Of a stretch of DNA of 64,000 nucleotides, positions 1 through 12,546 are shown one piece after another. The stretch lies in NCBI GenBank assembly GCA_021613535.1, contig CP075494.1, positions 1,488,001 through 1,552,000 on the forward strand, in the 5' to 3' direction. Each line of letters begins with the position of its first letter. Position 1 is the first letter of the stretch. This DNA comes from Adineta vaga (Eukaryota > Animalia > Rotifera). The position numbers and the translations under genes are program-made. The notes under the pieces are model-generated. The model did no database searches and was not told the origin of the DNA. It was given only the letters and a program-made list of their open reading frames with translations.

Positions 1-312
1 ATTTAGAGTGAAAATGAGTTGGGACGTGGAGTTCATCTTGTGTGGAGTAATCTTTAGTAATAAATAAAAGTAAAATAGTAAACCAAGTACTCTGATCTCT
101 TTATTTATTGGAACGTAACTGAATTACGTTACATTAGATACTCCCCGTCTTAGCTAAATATATAAGAGTTGAACAAAACAAGTATTTTTTGGTTTTATCG
201 ATAGTTAGAATAGCTCAATTCTCGAAGTTCAATTGTAATTGAACACACACAAAGAAATATAATTTTTTAAATGATTGTCTATATCTTTTTTCAGTTTAAT
301 ATTATCATCTCA

Positions 313-1140
313 ATGTCTACTCAAGGACCAACATATATTGATCATAATGGATATTTAATACCATTTGGTTTTTCAATCGATTTATTAAATTCAGCTTTAG
401 AATTTCAACCTAAATCAAATACTATTTTCATTTGTTCTTATCCAAAATGTGGTACAACTTGGATGCAAAATATTGTATATTTATTAATGCATGCTGGAGA
501 ATCATTTCCATCGAATCTTCAAGTTGATAATGTAATGCCACATTTAGAATTGTCGGGAAGTAAATTTTGTGAAAATTTTCCTGTAATTAAAACACATTTA
601 CCACGAAATTTCTTACATATAAATCCACAAGCGAAATATATTGTTGTAGCACGAAATCCAAAAGATTGTTGTGTCTCTTTTTATCATCATACTCGTGGTT
701 TCGTTACTTATTACAATTATGCTAATGGCACATTTGATGATTATTTCGAACGTTTTATCAATGGAAAAGTTGATTTTAATGATTATTTCGATCATTTTCA
801 ATCATGGGAACCATATTTAAATGATTCAAATGTATTTTTCTGTACATATGAACAATTAAAATCTGATACAAAAGAAATCATCAAGAAATTAGCTTTATTT
901 CTTGGAATAGAAATGGATAAGAATATGTTAGAAAAAGTACTTAACAATTGTTCATTTGCATCAATGAAGAAAGATGGTCAACGTTGGACTGATGAACGTC
1001 CGGATGATATGCCATTATTTATGAGAAAAGGCGAAATTGGCGACTGGCGTAATCATTTTACACAAGAACAGTCTGATCGTATGGACATGAAAATTAAACA
1101 ATATCCTTTAATGAACGAACTTTGGGGAAAATACATGTAG
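313..1140 (+). CDS. Cytosolic sulfotransferase (SULT, Sulfotransfer_1 family)
   Basis: PAPS-binding motifs SYPKCGTTW (5'-PSB), RNPKDCCVS (3'-PB) and C-terminal RKGEIGDWRNHFT. Start taken at MSTQ (313) within ORF 271-1140. AATAAA follows the stop. Confidence 0.92.
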   Translation: MSTQGPTYIDHNGYLIPFGFSIDLLNSALEFQPKSNTIFICSYPKCGTTWMQNIVYLLMHAGESFPSNLQVDNVMPHLELSGSKFCENFPVIKTHLPRNFLHINPQAKYIVVARNPKDCCVSFYHHTRGFVTYYNYANGTFDDYFERFINGKVDFNDYFDHFQSWEPYLNDSNVFFCTYEQLKSDTKEIIKKLALFLGIEMDKNMLEKVLNNCSFASMKKDGQRWTDERPDDMPLFMRKGEIGDWRNHFTQEQSDRMDMKIKQYPLMNELWGKYM

Positions 1141-1632
1141 TCTTTTACTTATTGTTTTATTTTGTATTTAAAAAACATTCATCGTAGTTCAAATAAAACT
1201 TGTAAGACAATGGTAGACGCTATGGAATGAAAAGGTTATATTCGTGTTCACATCCAGGACATATAACGTCGACATCTAACTAACACGAAGAGATTTTTTC
1301 CATTCTTTAAATTTGTTGTCATAACTGATAAGAGTTCTCTATAAACAGATCGCAAGAAAAATGTTATTGAATAATAAATGCGAAAATTTCGGATTTTATC
1401 TGAAAGTTATGTATATTGCTTTCATAATGATATTAATCAGATAAATATAATGATTTTAGGTGTACTTAAAAAGTGAGTACATTACAGAATCGATCAGTGT
1501 GTACATCCCTCCGTTTACACGATAACTTTCGAAAGAAATGGCAGAGTCATCGAAAAACTTTTATTCTCAAAATCATTGAAAACGTTTATAAATCGACCCA
1601 CTTTTTAACGCTGATTACGAATATAATATCAG

Positions 1633-1683
1633 TTTTGAGGGTGTGGGTGTGAAAGAAGAACAGATACACCTACACCCTAAAGA
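1633..1683. repeat. Intergenic inverted-repeat element, copy 1
   Basis: TTTTGAGGGTGTGGGTGT-spacer-ACACCTACACCCTAAAGA. Confidence 0.9.
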
Positions 1684-1770
1684 TTTTCGTAATCATATGA
1701 ACTAGTACTGCTACTTTAACCGTCTGAAGAGTACCTTAGCAAGGGCGAAATCATGATCACGGCAGCTATA

Positions 1771-1790
1771 CTCACCCATCCACCCTCAAG
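1771..1790. repeat. Element, C-rich arm only
   Basis: CTCACCCATCCACCCTCAAG. Confidence 0.75.
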
Positions 1791-2198
1791 TAAATTGATT
1801 GATGGGACATACTATTTATAGTGGAACAATGTTTGTTAAGAGCTGTTATTACTGTTTCGTCACCCTCACTCTATTTACGAACTATTGAAAATAATTCTTT
1901 ATTTTTTATTTTATCTTTATTTCTATTTTATGAAGAATAAAAGTAACTCTTTTTCTTTTTCTTCATTGTAAAAATAAAGTAACAATCCTGTTTCTTACAA
2001 GATGACCCAAAGCGTCTACCTGCGCCATCAGATCCATTTTGTTTTTTTAAGTGTATAATGTCTTTGCTTATTGGTCTTTTGTTCTCGATCGACGCTTTCG
2101 CTTATCGCGGATTGTCAATATTGTCAGAAATATTTTTACCTTTATCTTTATATACTCTACAGTTTTCTGCCTATTTATTTTTGTTTCGTGATATATGG

Positions 2199-2250
2199 AT
2201 CTTGAGGGTGAAGGTGAGGATATGTAGAAATAATCGCACAACCACACTTC
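2199..2250. repeat. Element copy 2 (degenerate right arm)
   Basis: ATCTTGAGGGTGAAGGTGAG-spacer-CGCACAACCACACTTC. Confidence 0.7.
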
Positions 2251-2649
2251 TATCTTTTACGGTCAACAGCTCTTTCTATAGGAGTTAGAGTATCTATAAT
2301 TTAGCAATGTCTTTATTGACAATCGACATTTAGATTTTTTCCATTTTTTTCAGATGACGAAAAACAATGATCTTTTCATTCCAGAGCGGAAAAATAACTT
2401 GTTGTATATATGTTTTCTAGTTAATAATACGATTTGTAGTTGCAGTTTTTCTTCTTATATTTATAGACTCCAATGACCATAACAATCGTAACTATAAGAG
2501 TGGTTATGAGAGCATGTATCTTTCACGCTCATGCAGTCGCGTCATTTCTTTTTTTAACACAAACTCTGCTTTGATTATTCTAGATCCATAGAAAGATCAT
2601 TGTTTCCATAGGAATAATAAAAGTCCAGGCACGTATCAACATAATAGTT

Positions 2650-3738
2650 ATGAGTGGATATTTAGTTTTACTTGCAACTTTATTACTTTGTCATTTATCA
2701 AACAGTTGCTTCACTATTGTGCATTTGAACAATGATCCATGCTCATCTATTCAAGTTATTATTGCAAATAATCGAGATGAGAATATATTTCGCCCGACAG
2801 ATGATGCTGGCTACTGGCCCGGCGATCTTTCTTATATTTATGGTGGCCGGGACATTGTTCGAAATTATAGTACCTGGCTGAGTATGAACACAAAAACTGG
2901 ACGCATTGCAAATTTATTATTTCTAGCTGGTCAACGCTTGCCAGGCCCATCAATACCAAGAGGTCCTTTAGTATCTCTGTACCTACATTCAAACTACTCA
3001 TCTGTTAGTACAACTGCATAGATGAATGAATTTTACACAAATAGCCAAACATATGAAGGTGTTCATTTATTACTGCTCGATTATTCAGAAAAAGGTTATT
3101 GGAAACTACATTATTCGAATAATAATGAAACGGATGAGTCTAATGTTATTTTACAATCACTAGTATCCGGTACGTTTGTGTTATCGAACAATTTATTTGC
3201 AAGACCATTTCAAAAAGTTATATTCGGCAATAAAATGTTTAGCGATATTCTGGAGCATCATAATAATATACTTAATAAACATAGTGATACAGTCATTAAC
3301 AAGCAACATGTCGATTCCTTAGTTAATGATATAATGTATACTATTTTACAAAATCGCACTACCTTGTATAGAAATGGTCGCGATCAAAATCTTGATGATC
3401 GATTTTTAGCAACTGAACAATGGCAACTAGATGAAGTAAGTGCGATCGACGCAAACTATACGAATTTATGGGTAAATGCGCTAACAAGAACAAACACTGT
3501 CATACTTGTTTTTCAAAATGGTTCTACTATGTATATAGAAAGAACGCTAAAGTTTGATGAACGCAATAATTCATATTGGTTATTTACCAACAATACATTT
3601 GTAATTGAATCTATTAAAGGAAACAACATTTGCTCACAAAAAACCAGTCAGTCATCGAAACTAATCTGGGTCTATGAACATAGAATTATCTGGATCTTCT
3701 TCTACGTTATCGTCACATTAAGCGCTATTTCAACTTAA
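2650..3738 (+). pseudogene. TANGO2/NRDE-family protein with signal peptide and C-terminal hydrophobic tail, interrupted by an in-frame TAG at 3019-3021
   Basis: Motifs IANNRDE, GGRD, STWL, RGPLV, LSNN and TRTNTVILV. ORFs 2650-3021 and 3022-3738 are contiguous in the same frame. Confidence 0.75.
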
Positions 3739-4206
3739 TATTGATCATTTTAATCATTTTCACACAATTATTTCTGAGAGTTAATAATACATATCGCTTG
3801 AGCTATCAAGATTTAACAACATAGACATTTCACTAATTTTTCTACATACTAGGCTATGGCCAAAAAGTCATATACTGATAAATATACGAGTGTAAATCAT
3901 TCTTTTTTTTTCTTCTTTCTTCTTCTTCTAATCTATGTTGGTTTTTCAGTACAATAATTTTTATAAAAACATCATAATCAAGCTGTAATTTCACTTTCTT
4001 CTCTACTTTAAGAATGTATTTGCTACTGCAATTACAAATCAATAAATAGATGCAATTGACGTTCAAACATCAAGCGAATTCGTATCACCGTATATGGATG
4101 TTTTCAATCCACTAGAAACCATGAATTATATTAAAAAAATCACAAACGATATGTCAATCGATTTAGTATCATGAAAAATAGAATTACATTGACTCATGAC
4201 TTTTCA

Positions 4207-4260
4207 GAAGGTGGGTGGGTGTGGGGCTACATCTATCTAACACCCACACCCACACCCTAG
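4207..4260. repeat. Element copy 3
   Basis: GAAGGTGGGTGGGTGTGGGG-spacer-CACCCACACCCACACCCTAG. Confidence 0.9.
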
Positions 4261-5099
4261 TTTTTTACTAAACCTTTGCTACGAAAGCTCTGTTCTGAAA
4301 ATTTTCAGTAAGGTTATACGTGGAACATTTTCTCTACTAAACCAAAAAACGATCTTCCCGTGTATCGGTGGAAAGATTCTTTTATGGTTCGGTAAAAATC
4401 CTTTTTTTTAGTGTAGTAGTCAAGTAATTTGGTTCATGAACCAGAGCAAATCTTTGCCTTATCTTATAAGCGTGTTCACAGGTCTGAAAAGACGCTTTGA
4501 TTAGCGACTCAGTGGCACTTTCAATGCGTTATTTATTATAATTCTTGAGAAACTGAAAATAACTTGTTATTAACCATAAAAGACAAAATTCTGACTGTGA
4601 TTTCTTTGATAAAACTACTGGGTTCATCGAAGAAATTGTTTTTAAGTAGAAGTTGTAGGGATATTTGTAACGTGTTGCTTCTCATTCAAAGTATTTGAGT
4701 ATTTGGAGTCTAATTACAATTCTTTCAGAAAAGGGTCAGCGAATCCCAAGGATGAGCGCCATTTATATTCTATCTGAAATTTTAAAATTAGGCTCAACTG
4801 TCGGTGTATTTCAAAATTTGATTACAATGATCTCAATTGAAATATGATCAAATAGCGCTGAAAGACGGAACTTCATTTTCTCTATCAGATGGTATAGAAA
4901 AAAACTTTTTTAGGTGCCTACTTTTGGTATGTTCTAAGTATTAAGTTAAAATTTATGCAACTATGAGGTTGTTTTTTCTTTTTCAAAATTTTATTGCAAT
5001 AAATGAAATTAAATACAACGTCAAAGAAAAACCTTTCAGGCAATATTAATAAAACTCAAGGATAAATATTTCACTTATTATTCTCGGAATATTTAATAT

Positions 5100-6050
5100 C
5101 TATCGTGTCGCTGTTTGATTGGTTTGCATTCGATTCATTTTCATAAGTTGTGGAGCAACAATAGATCTTTTGCGCCAAAAAAAAATTGTATTTTTAAATT
5201 TCATTCGCAAGTTAGGTAATGAGTGAATACTTGCGAATGGAGTAAATAATATAATTCCATTGGCAAAAAATAAACTATCAAGATAGTAATCGGTTGCTAC
5301 ACTTCGTGATAGACCAGCTGAATAAGCAATATACAATGTTAATGGAGGAAGTTGTAAAAAAAGATATAAAAATGAAATTGGTAATAGTTGACTTGCTAAT
5401 TTTTTATAATTTCTCCAATCAATTCGTTGACGAGTGAGATATCTTCGATATAGAACACGTATAAGCAAAGCAACACTGAATATAATAATGACATATGCAG
5501 GTATTATGTTATTCACGATACTATCTAGAAGAGCCAACCATGATACATTAATAATACAAAAATAACGTAAACAAAATTCGTAGTCATAGAGGAAAGGTAC
5601 TTCACAAGGGACAACCAAAAATGCAAATAAATAAAATATTGTAGGGCCTATGACGCACAAAGATAAAGGAAGATAATGAAATAAAAGACGTCTTCTTCTT
5701 GTTCCGAACCAATGTCGATGAAAAATAAAAATATGTCGTTCAATTGATGCCCATGCCATCAACCAATAAATTGCTACCAACACACTTGAACTAATGGTAA
5801 CCCAAAAAATGCAAAATGAATGAGTTTGTATTGGAACAATTCCTGTACGATAGAATTGAACATGAAATGTAAGATCAGTCAATTCTGATATAAGACCAAA
5901 TAATAATAACCAAATGATAACATGATTATTTAAAGTATTACGAAGTAAATGATCTTTTAATAGATGATAAAGAACAAAGATACTTATGAGAATTGATGGA
6001 ATAAGAGGAACTAATAGAAGCCATGATTGGGCATAAAATGATAATACCAT
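5100..6050 (-). CDS. Rhodopsin-like (class A) GPCR
   Basis: Seven hydrophobic segments; Cys at the start of TM3 and DRY-equivalent ASIERH; intronless, 316 aa. Confidence 0.85.
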   Translation of the reverse strand: MVLSFYAQSWLLLVPLIPSILISIFVLYHLLKDHLLRNTLNNHVIIWLLLFGLISELTDLTFHVQFYRTGIVPIQTHSFCIFWVTISSSVLVAIYWLMAWASIERHIFIFHRHWFGTRRRRLLFHYLPLSLCVIGPTIFYLFAFLVVPCEVPFLYDYEFCLRYFCIINVSWLALLDSIVNNIIPAYVIIIFSVALLIRVLYRRYLTRQRIDWRNYKKLASQLLPISFLYLFLQLPPLTLYIAYSAGLSRSVATDYYLDSLFFANGIILFTPFASIHSLPNLRMKFKNTIFFWRKRSIVAPQLMKMNRMQTNQTATR

Positions 6051-7638
6051 TTTTGTGAAGTTTTTATTTTTTTCGAAATTAATAATAAACCAAAGACAAA
6101 ATAATTATAGTTATGCGTAATTATTTTACTGAATAACTCATAAAACTTCAACTTGTCGAAAGAATCTCGCAACTTATTACTAAAATGTAGTTCATTATTT
6201 GAAATGATGGTTAAATTGTCTTTATTTTTTACTTGTCAAATAAATGACACACAAAGATGTCGAGATGATATTTTTATTGTCCTTACAGGTGAACTAGATT
6301 TTATTATTTATCATGTTTTTTATAAAACACGGAAATTAGGAAAAAAAATGCCACATTATAGATAAAGAAGACAGCTAATGTTTTTAATAATAAGAGACTT
6401 GCGAGAAATTGTGATTAAATTTTTTTTGACATTTTGAGTTCCGAAGCAACACCTACTACATTGAATTGTGCAATAATCAACTAATTATCTTAAAGATTTA
6501 TTGTGTTTCTAAGGAAATCATTTTGTTTGCATTTGAAGCTCGTGTGAAATAAAAATAAAAATGAATATGAACCAATGCAATGATTGTTCACTTCTTATGA
6601 ATGTTTCTCCACACCCACAGTTGATTATATAAGAAGTACAGATAGAACTTTCAGTTATAAAAATATATTGAATACATGCCATTTTTTTGTTAACAAGCAC
6701 AACCTTTTCATTTATTCCCTCGATTGAAAGGGAGGATCATAGGAAAAAAATACTTTGTGCATATGTATGTGTATGTCAGGATCAAAGGTCAAAAAAACAT
6801 TTTTTTCGAAATTGTCCAATAAGTCAAAAGAAATCGATACGCGATGGATTCTAACGTCAAACAAACAAGTTTGTAAAATTCTACAGGCATTCATTGACAC
6901 AGCCGTTTTCAATCATGGGACATGAACCGATGATAGTTTTTCATGGTCTAGCATTACTCACATTTTTTGTTGACGTTCATTAATAAGAGTAGCAGAGAAA
7001 CATATAGTCAGAACAGAAAAGATGTCGTCTGCGCAGTTGAAATGTGTAATTGTTATTATTTTCTGTTTGCTTCTTTATAAAGATTTTTCTTATTGTGAAA
7101 TTTTAAAAAAATTCAAATGTTTGGCGGTCGAATTAGTTACCTAGGTGGAGTTAATTTTTAATTTATCACTATCGATAAGGAAATCAATAATAGAATCATT
7201 TTTTAAAGGATCACTTATAATTCTTTACTGCATAGAATGTTGTAATCTCCTTCCATATTATAATCTCATGAAGGCCTCTAATGTTACCCAACGCTAAAAA
7301 TTTTTCGAGGTAACTGCTCATGTGTTCTATGAATTTTAAACACATTTTAACCTTAAAATCCAATTATTTTTCAAACTTGGCTATGAAAAAGATGCACGAC
7401 TTTCCGAAAAAAGAGCTCAAAATGATTTAAAAACACGGATGTTTTTGATATGGTTCTCTTAGTCGAAAGTTGAAAAATAAACTTCTAGTATTTGGGAGGA
7501 GCAATATATTTCAGTTCGATTCGATCGATCATATTTGTTCGTTCAATATATCTAGCCAATTATGGATTTTTCGATACTCGCCTATGGACCGATATAAGGT
7601 TTTATCAGGCTGAATATTGAGTCAGTCAAAAATTGTAT

Positions 7639-7690
7639 AGGATGTGGGTGTGGGTGAGAGAAGAAGAGATACATCCACACCCTCAGGATG
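7639..7690. repeat. Element copy 4
   Basis: AGGATGTGGGTGTGGGTG-spacer-ACATCCACACCCTCAGGATG. Confidence 0.88.
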
Positions 7691-8507
7691 GTTGTCATCA
7701 CTGAAATATGATGAAATAGAAGTAGAGATAATTGATTTCATTCATTTTCAATTAAAGAAAATGCTCATTATCATTACTCGCTCTCAAACTGACAGAATGG
7801 AAAAAAACAAATTTTCCAACTGTTATATTGATAAGATCTAACTTCTTTTTAATTAATTTATAGTTTTCATATGTGATATTGTTGTCTGACTACGTAACGG
7901 TCCAACGGTGTGAGGAAAATCGATAATGTGGAAACTTCAAGCTAACATTACACATCGTTCGTAATCATTCGTTAAAATTCTACTAACATAGCTGATTTTC
8001 TTGTAGGAAAAATATTAAAACAAAACTGGAAAAATGGTTTACAATAAAATGTAACGTCAAACTCGAATTTTTCGACATCGACTATCTTCGGTGAAGTATT
8101 GCTGAAAATCATATTGCCGCTAAATTATTACTATTTAACGATAAAGAACAAACGTGTTTCATTCACTCTGCCTATACCGTTCCTTCAATAGACAAAATTT
8201 TCTAAAAGTATATATCGTCAAGGACATTCTTGACTGTTGCCTTTCGTTGAGTCGAGAAAACAATTCATATAGATTGATTCATATAAAAAGCATCGCATTT
8301 ACCTTTATTACGACAAACAAAATATTAATTCAATCAAAGCAAATGAGAACGATTTCTTCAAAAAGTAATTATTGTAACTTTTATTTTCATTTGGTCGTAA
8401 GCTTCTGTTCTAGAACAAAGTTATGACAACAAATAAAGAGAAATTTTATTGAATTTTCAAATTGGAAATTTCTTCTTCTCCTTAATTCTCATCTTCACAT
8501 TGCTCAC

Positions 8508-9494
8508 ATGGCTTTTCTCTTCATACGCAATGAAACTCACATCAAGTTTTTTCTGCTACTGACGCTCTTTTTCTGTATTCTTTACTTTTATAATACAAAT
8601 ATCGATGAGTTTAAGAAATGGTCTCCAGTCCAATCGCACGTCAACGTTAGTAAACAACGTGATACGATTATATTAAACGGTCTTCGATGGTGTGAAAGAA
8701 ATCCTTTTATAAAAAGTTATAATAAACAGTTAGTATTAGATTTTGAACACAAATACAACTTGTGGAAACAAGATGAATTTGCAAGAATTTTTGATTTCAT
8801 CAAAAAATACGTTCTTTCTCCAAATAAAACAAAGGGAGAATTTCCTCAAATTCTCTATCCAATTACTGACATGTTACCGTGTCCGTATAATAACAATCAA
8901 ATGAAACGTTATGGTCTTTCAGATGATGGTGGAAAGTTTCTCTGTGGTTTAGAAATCTTATCTTTGACTGATTCTTGTACGGTATATAGTTTAGGCTCCG
9001 GAAATCATTTCACTTTTGAAGAATCGATTTTGGCACAAACTAATTGTACTGTGTACACTTTCGACTGCACAAGTTTTCCACCACAAACAAAATACGATCG
9101 GTTACATTTTAATAGAATTTGTTTTGGTGAAAATTCAACTATACAGCGCTATATTTATTCGAAATCGAAGAAATATTTAAATAATTCAATTTACGTGCGG
9201 TTCGATGAGATCTTGAAGAGAAATCATCATACTCAAGTACATGTTCTAAAAATGGATATTGAAGCTGGAGAATATTCTGTATTTCGAGATTTATTGAAGA
9301 AAAACAATACACAAAATTTACCATATCAAATAGCGTTTGAATCCCATTGGTGGAATGGAGATATATACCATAGTATGATGCATATATCCTTATTTTCACA
9401 ACTATGGAAAAGTGGTTATCGTCTTCTTCAATACGAACTAAACAAACATGAAACTTCTTGTGTCGAATGGACTTTTATGCGAATATTTTGCTAA
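8508..9494 (+). CDS. Type II membrane-anchored SAM-dependent methyltransferase (Methyltransf_22 / METTL24-like)
   Basis: N-terminal TM segment; motifs DGGKFLC, VYSLGS, FTFE, YTFD and LKMDIEAGEY; AATAAA at 9518. Confidence 0.82.
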   Translation: MAFLFIRNETHIKFFLLLTLFFCILYFYNTNIDEFKKWSPVQSHVNVSKQRDTIILNGLRWCERNPFIKSYNKQLVLDFEHKYNLWKQDEFARIFDFIKKYVLSPNKTKGEFPQILYPITDMLPCPYNNNQMKRYGLSDDGGKFLCGLEILSLTDSCTVYSLGSGNHFTFEESILAQTNCTVYTFDCTSFPPQTKYDRLHFNRICFGENSTIQRYIYSKSKKYLNNSIYVRFDEILKRNHHTQVHVLKMDIEAGEYSVFRDLLKKNNTQNLPYQIAFESHWWNGDIYHSMMHISLFSQLWKSGYRLLQYELNKHETSCVEWTFMRIFC

Positions 9495-9530
9495 ACGACA
9501 TTTCAATACATTTTCATAATAAAATAACGA

Positions 9531-9593
9531 TGAGGGTGTGGGTGCGCGTGTCGGCCAAGAAGATATAACTATACATCCACAACTCACCCTCAG
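9531..9593. repeat. Element copy 5
   Basis: TGAGGGTGTGGGTG-spacer-CATCCACAACTCACCCTCAG, starting 8 nt after the AATAAA. Confidence 0.88.
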
Positions 9594-10063
9594 AAATATA
9601 TTGTTTCTTTTTTAATAGAAGATGAAGTACATAAAACAACATGGATATTTTTATGTTATTGCGGGTATCACTCTATTAACGCATTGTTTAAATCTTCTTT
9701 TTAATGCAGATTTAAGTAGATCTGTATGATATAAAATTATAAAAATCAACAATACGGAAGTAACAACGAGAAAAATCAAAACAATTCGATAATAATATTT
9801 TGGTGGATCAGTAAGAAAAGAAATTAGAGTAGCTGCCTAATTCGAGTTATAATATAAATGGAGATTTTAGAAACATATCTGAGCACAAAAATGGTGCTGG
9901 AGAAAGAGATAGTTTTACTTATTTATACCTATAATTCATATTTAAACATAGATGCACCTTGATATCTGAGTTATAATTAAGTAAGACTAAAAAAAAACTA
10001 TTCCTATCTATTCCTAACCATTCCTAAATCTACAGGAGAGCATATAAATGAACTATAAATGTA

Positions 10064-10933
10064 TCAAGCCAAAACTACAAGTAATCCTAATATATAGTAA
10101 AGTTTTAGTTTTCGTTTTGTTGATTTATTTTCGAAGTGACAACAATCGGCTGAATCTTCATTTATATTATAACTCACATTAGGCAGCTCATGAGAAATTA
10201 ATACTAGAATCGTATGTGGAATACCAAATAGTAAGAGAATATTTACAAGAATTATAGTTCTTCGAATCATTTCGAAATCTCTTTGTGCACGTGATAAAAT
10301 ATTTACAGGTGTTATTCGTTCATTCATTTCTTTGACATATCGAATTAATTTCAATTAAATCAACATAAGTAATGACACAGGAATGAGATAAACTGTACTT
10401 AACATATAAATGATAGAAAATGAGAAGTCAAATCGAATAATACACGTTTGATTTTCCATAACATAAACAACTTCATTACGAAGATAATATTCTAATGGAG
10501 TTAGTATACTCAGAATCCATAGAGAAGTAAGAAGAATTGATTGAAATTTCCATGATTGATAAAACACATGAAATGGATAAATAATACATAAATAACGATG
10601 AAATGCTTGTAAAAGTAAAGTATAATTCATTGCACTGACTGCTACATAACCAATATAGGTACGACCAAGGCAAAATGAATCTATAGAAGAGATTCCATTA
10701 CGATCTTTATGTAATGCATATGAAGTAATTAGAAGCAAAGACAATCCAAATAGAAATATCGATAAACATAAATTTGCAACAAACAACATTGGTACTGTAT
10801 GACATGATTTGTCTCTTATTATAACATATAGATAAATCAATGAGAATATTATTGTTAATATAAGAAATATGATATCTAGTGGAATATACCATATTTCAGG
10901 AATGAATCTTGAAGAATTTGATAGAGTCGACAT
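10064..10933 (-). pseudogene. Rhodopsin-like GPCR pseudogene
   Basis: TM1-5 with QAFHRY. In-frame TAA at 10355-10357 in LMLI*LKLIRY (probably a former Tyr). The frame continues through TM6, but TM7 looks deleted. Confidence 0.75.
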
Positions 10934-11770
10934 GATTACCATTTGTTTACATAAAAAATGCATTCCTTTTGAACAAAGATTAAGAAAACCGTTTTTTCTA
11001 TCTTTTGTATGTCAAGAAAATACATCAAAGAAAAAGCGATAATATGAAGTGTTAATTGGATGGGTTTTTTTCCATAAACAAAAATCTGTTTGAGACTGAG
11101 AAAATTCTCTTTCATAATAAGTGACGGATATTTATTTAGAAAAAAAACTTTTAGAAAATTAATTCTTTGTACGTGATCATATTCTAATTACTCGAACAGA
11201 GATTATAGAAAAGTTGGACTGGATCATTGAATTAAAAATTCATATACTTAAAGCGAAGTCGGTGTGCGATCTAATGTATAGATTGTGTACAAATAATATC
11301 AAGAAATATGTTACTTCGTAGCTATTCGTAAATACCGAGTAACAAAAGATCATTTGATAACTATACTCTGTAACAAAAAAGAAATAGCTCATTAGCGAAC
11401 GAATTTCTTCGGAGTGCAACACTAATTTAATTTTCCTCATCAATAGAGCCTGTAATAGAGAGAAAATTTCACTTTAACAGATGTTTCTATTTTGAAGAGA
11501 CAAGTGCTATGATCAGTCAATTATCTTGTTTTCTTAACAGGACTCATTTATTTGAGCTGACATTTTCTGCATGATAAAATTTCTAGACGAAAATTCAGTA
11601 AAATTACGATCGATCGAAGAAAGAAACATAAAAAGAGGACAACTGTTTGAAAGTTTTTCTCTACACCGTGAACTCAAACGCTTTCGTAATAGCACACTTA
11701 CGTGGCTCTGCATACTTAAAACTATGTTTTGACTTTATGTAGAAGTTTTAAGCTATTGGATGGTTCTCAC

Positions 11771-11785
11771 TCTTGCGAGTGTGGG
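11771..11785. repeat. Element, degenerate G-rich arm
   Basis: TCTTGCGAGTGTGGG, 13/15 match to TCTTGAGGGTGTGGG. Confidence 0.45.
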
Positions 11786-12546
11786 CATATTGAATCAAAT
11801 GTCTGAGATGGCATTAGCAAAGGTGTAGACCGAAGATTGCACTTAGTAAGTACTTTAGTGTCTTAATGAAACATACATGGACATACGTATTAGCTTTCTG
11901 TTAAAATGTGTAATTCATCTGTAGATTATATGAATAACATAGAGTGTAATGAAATTTCTATCTTAAGATGTAAAATATTTATTTTCTCTTGCAAATTGTT
12001 AACTTTAAAAAAGGAACAATAAAATTGAATGCAAAAAAAAAGTGTAATGAGATCATCTCTTTCTAATTGAATCCAAACAATGCGTGTAACACTCTTAAAA
12101 AAATTTTAAAAGTGTTGTCGAAGAACATCTATTTCAAATTAGATTTTGAAAGAATATCTTTGTTACAGACATGTACATACACATGCTTTCACATACTCTT
12201 ATTCATCTGTTTCTGTTATCTTCTATATACATTCGTTATTATATGATTCTCGAATAGACAGATTGAGATTCGTCTCTCGAGTGAAGACATCGCCAATAAT
12301 CTTCAATCATTTTCATTCTATTCAGTCTCACAGTAATGAGAGCACAAGTGTGAATATAATCGATGTTTTCTTTTCATATAATTCTATTAATAATGAAATA
12401 TATTCCAGTAAGAACAAAGGAACAAATGGCACCGTTTTTTAAAAGATAGAATAAAGAAGATTTCTATAGATATGATTTATTACTTCGATTTGCGATCACA
12501 AGCCGCCTATTTTCCATTTATTATTTACAAAGAAATTCATCAAAAT

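Noticed and set aside
1340-1632. Flanks of some elements resemble decayed MITE or Helentron interiors (e.g. TTATACGTGGAA near 4314 and 24190)
   Set aside because: The shared words are too short to build a consensus by eye. Kept only as the null hypothesis for the main finding.
3004-3021. 18-nt GT...AG micro-intron that would remove the TAG
   Set aside because: It is far shorter than the 50-60 nt introns seen throughout the window, and it would delete residues that align with the family.
3019-10357. Stop-to-Tyr recoding suggested by in-frame TAG (3019) and TAA (10355) at probable Tyr positions
   Set aside because: Intact genes here terminate normally at TAA and TAG. Tyr codons are one substitution from these stops, and the GPCR has further damage, so ordinary nonsense mutation explains both.
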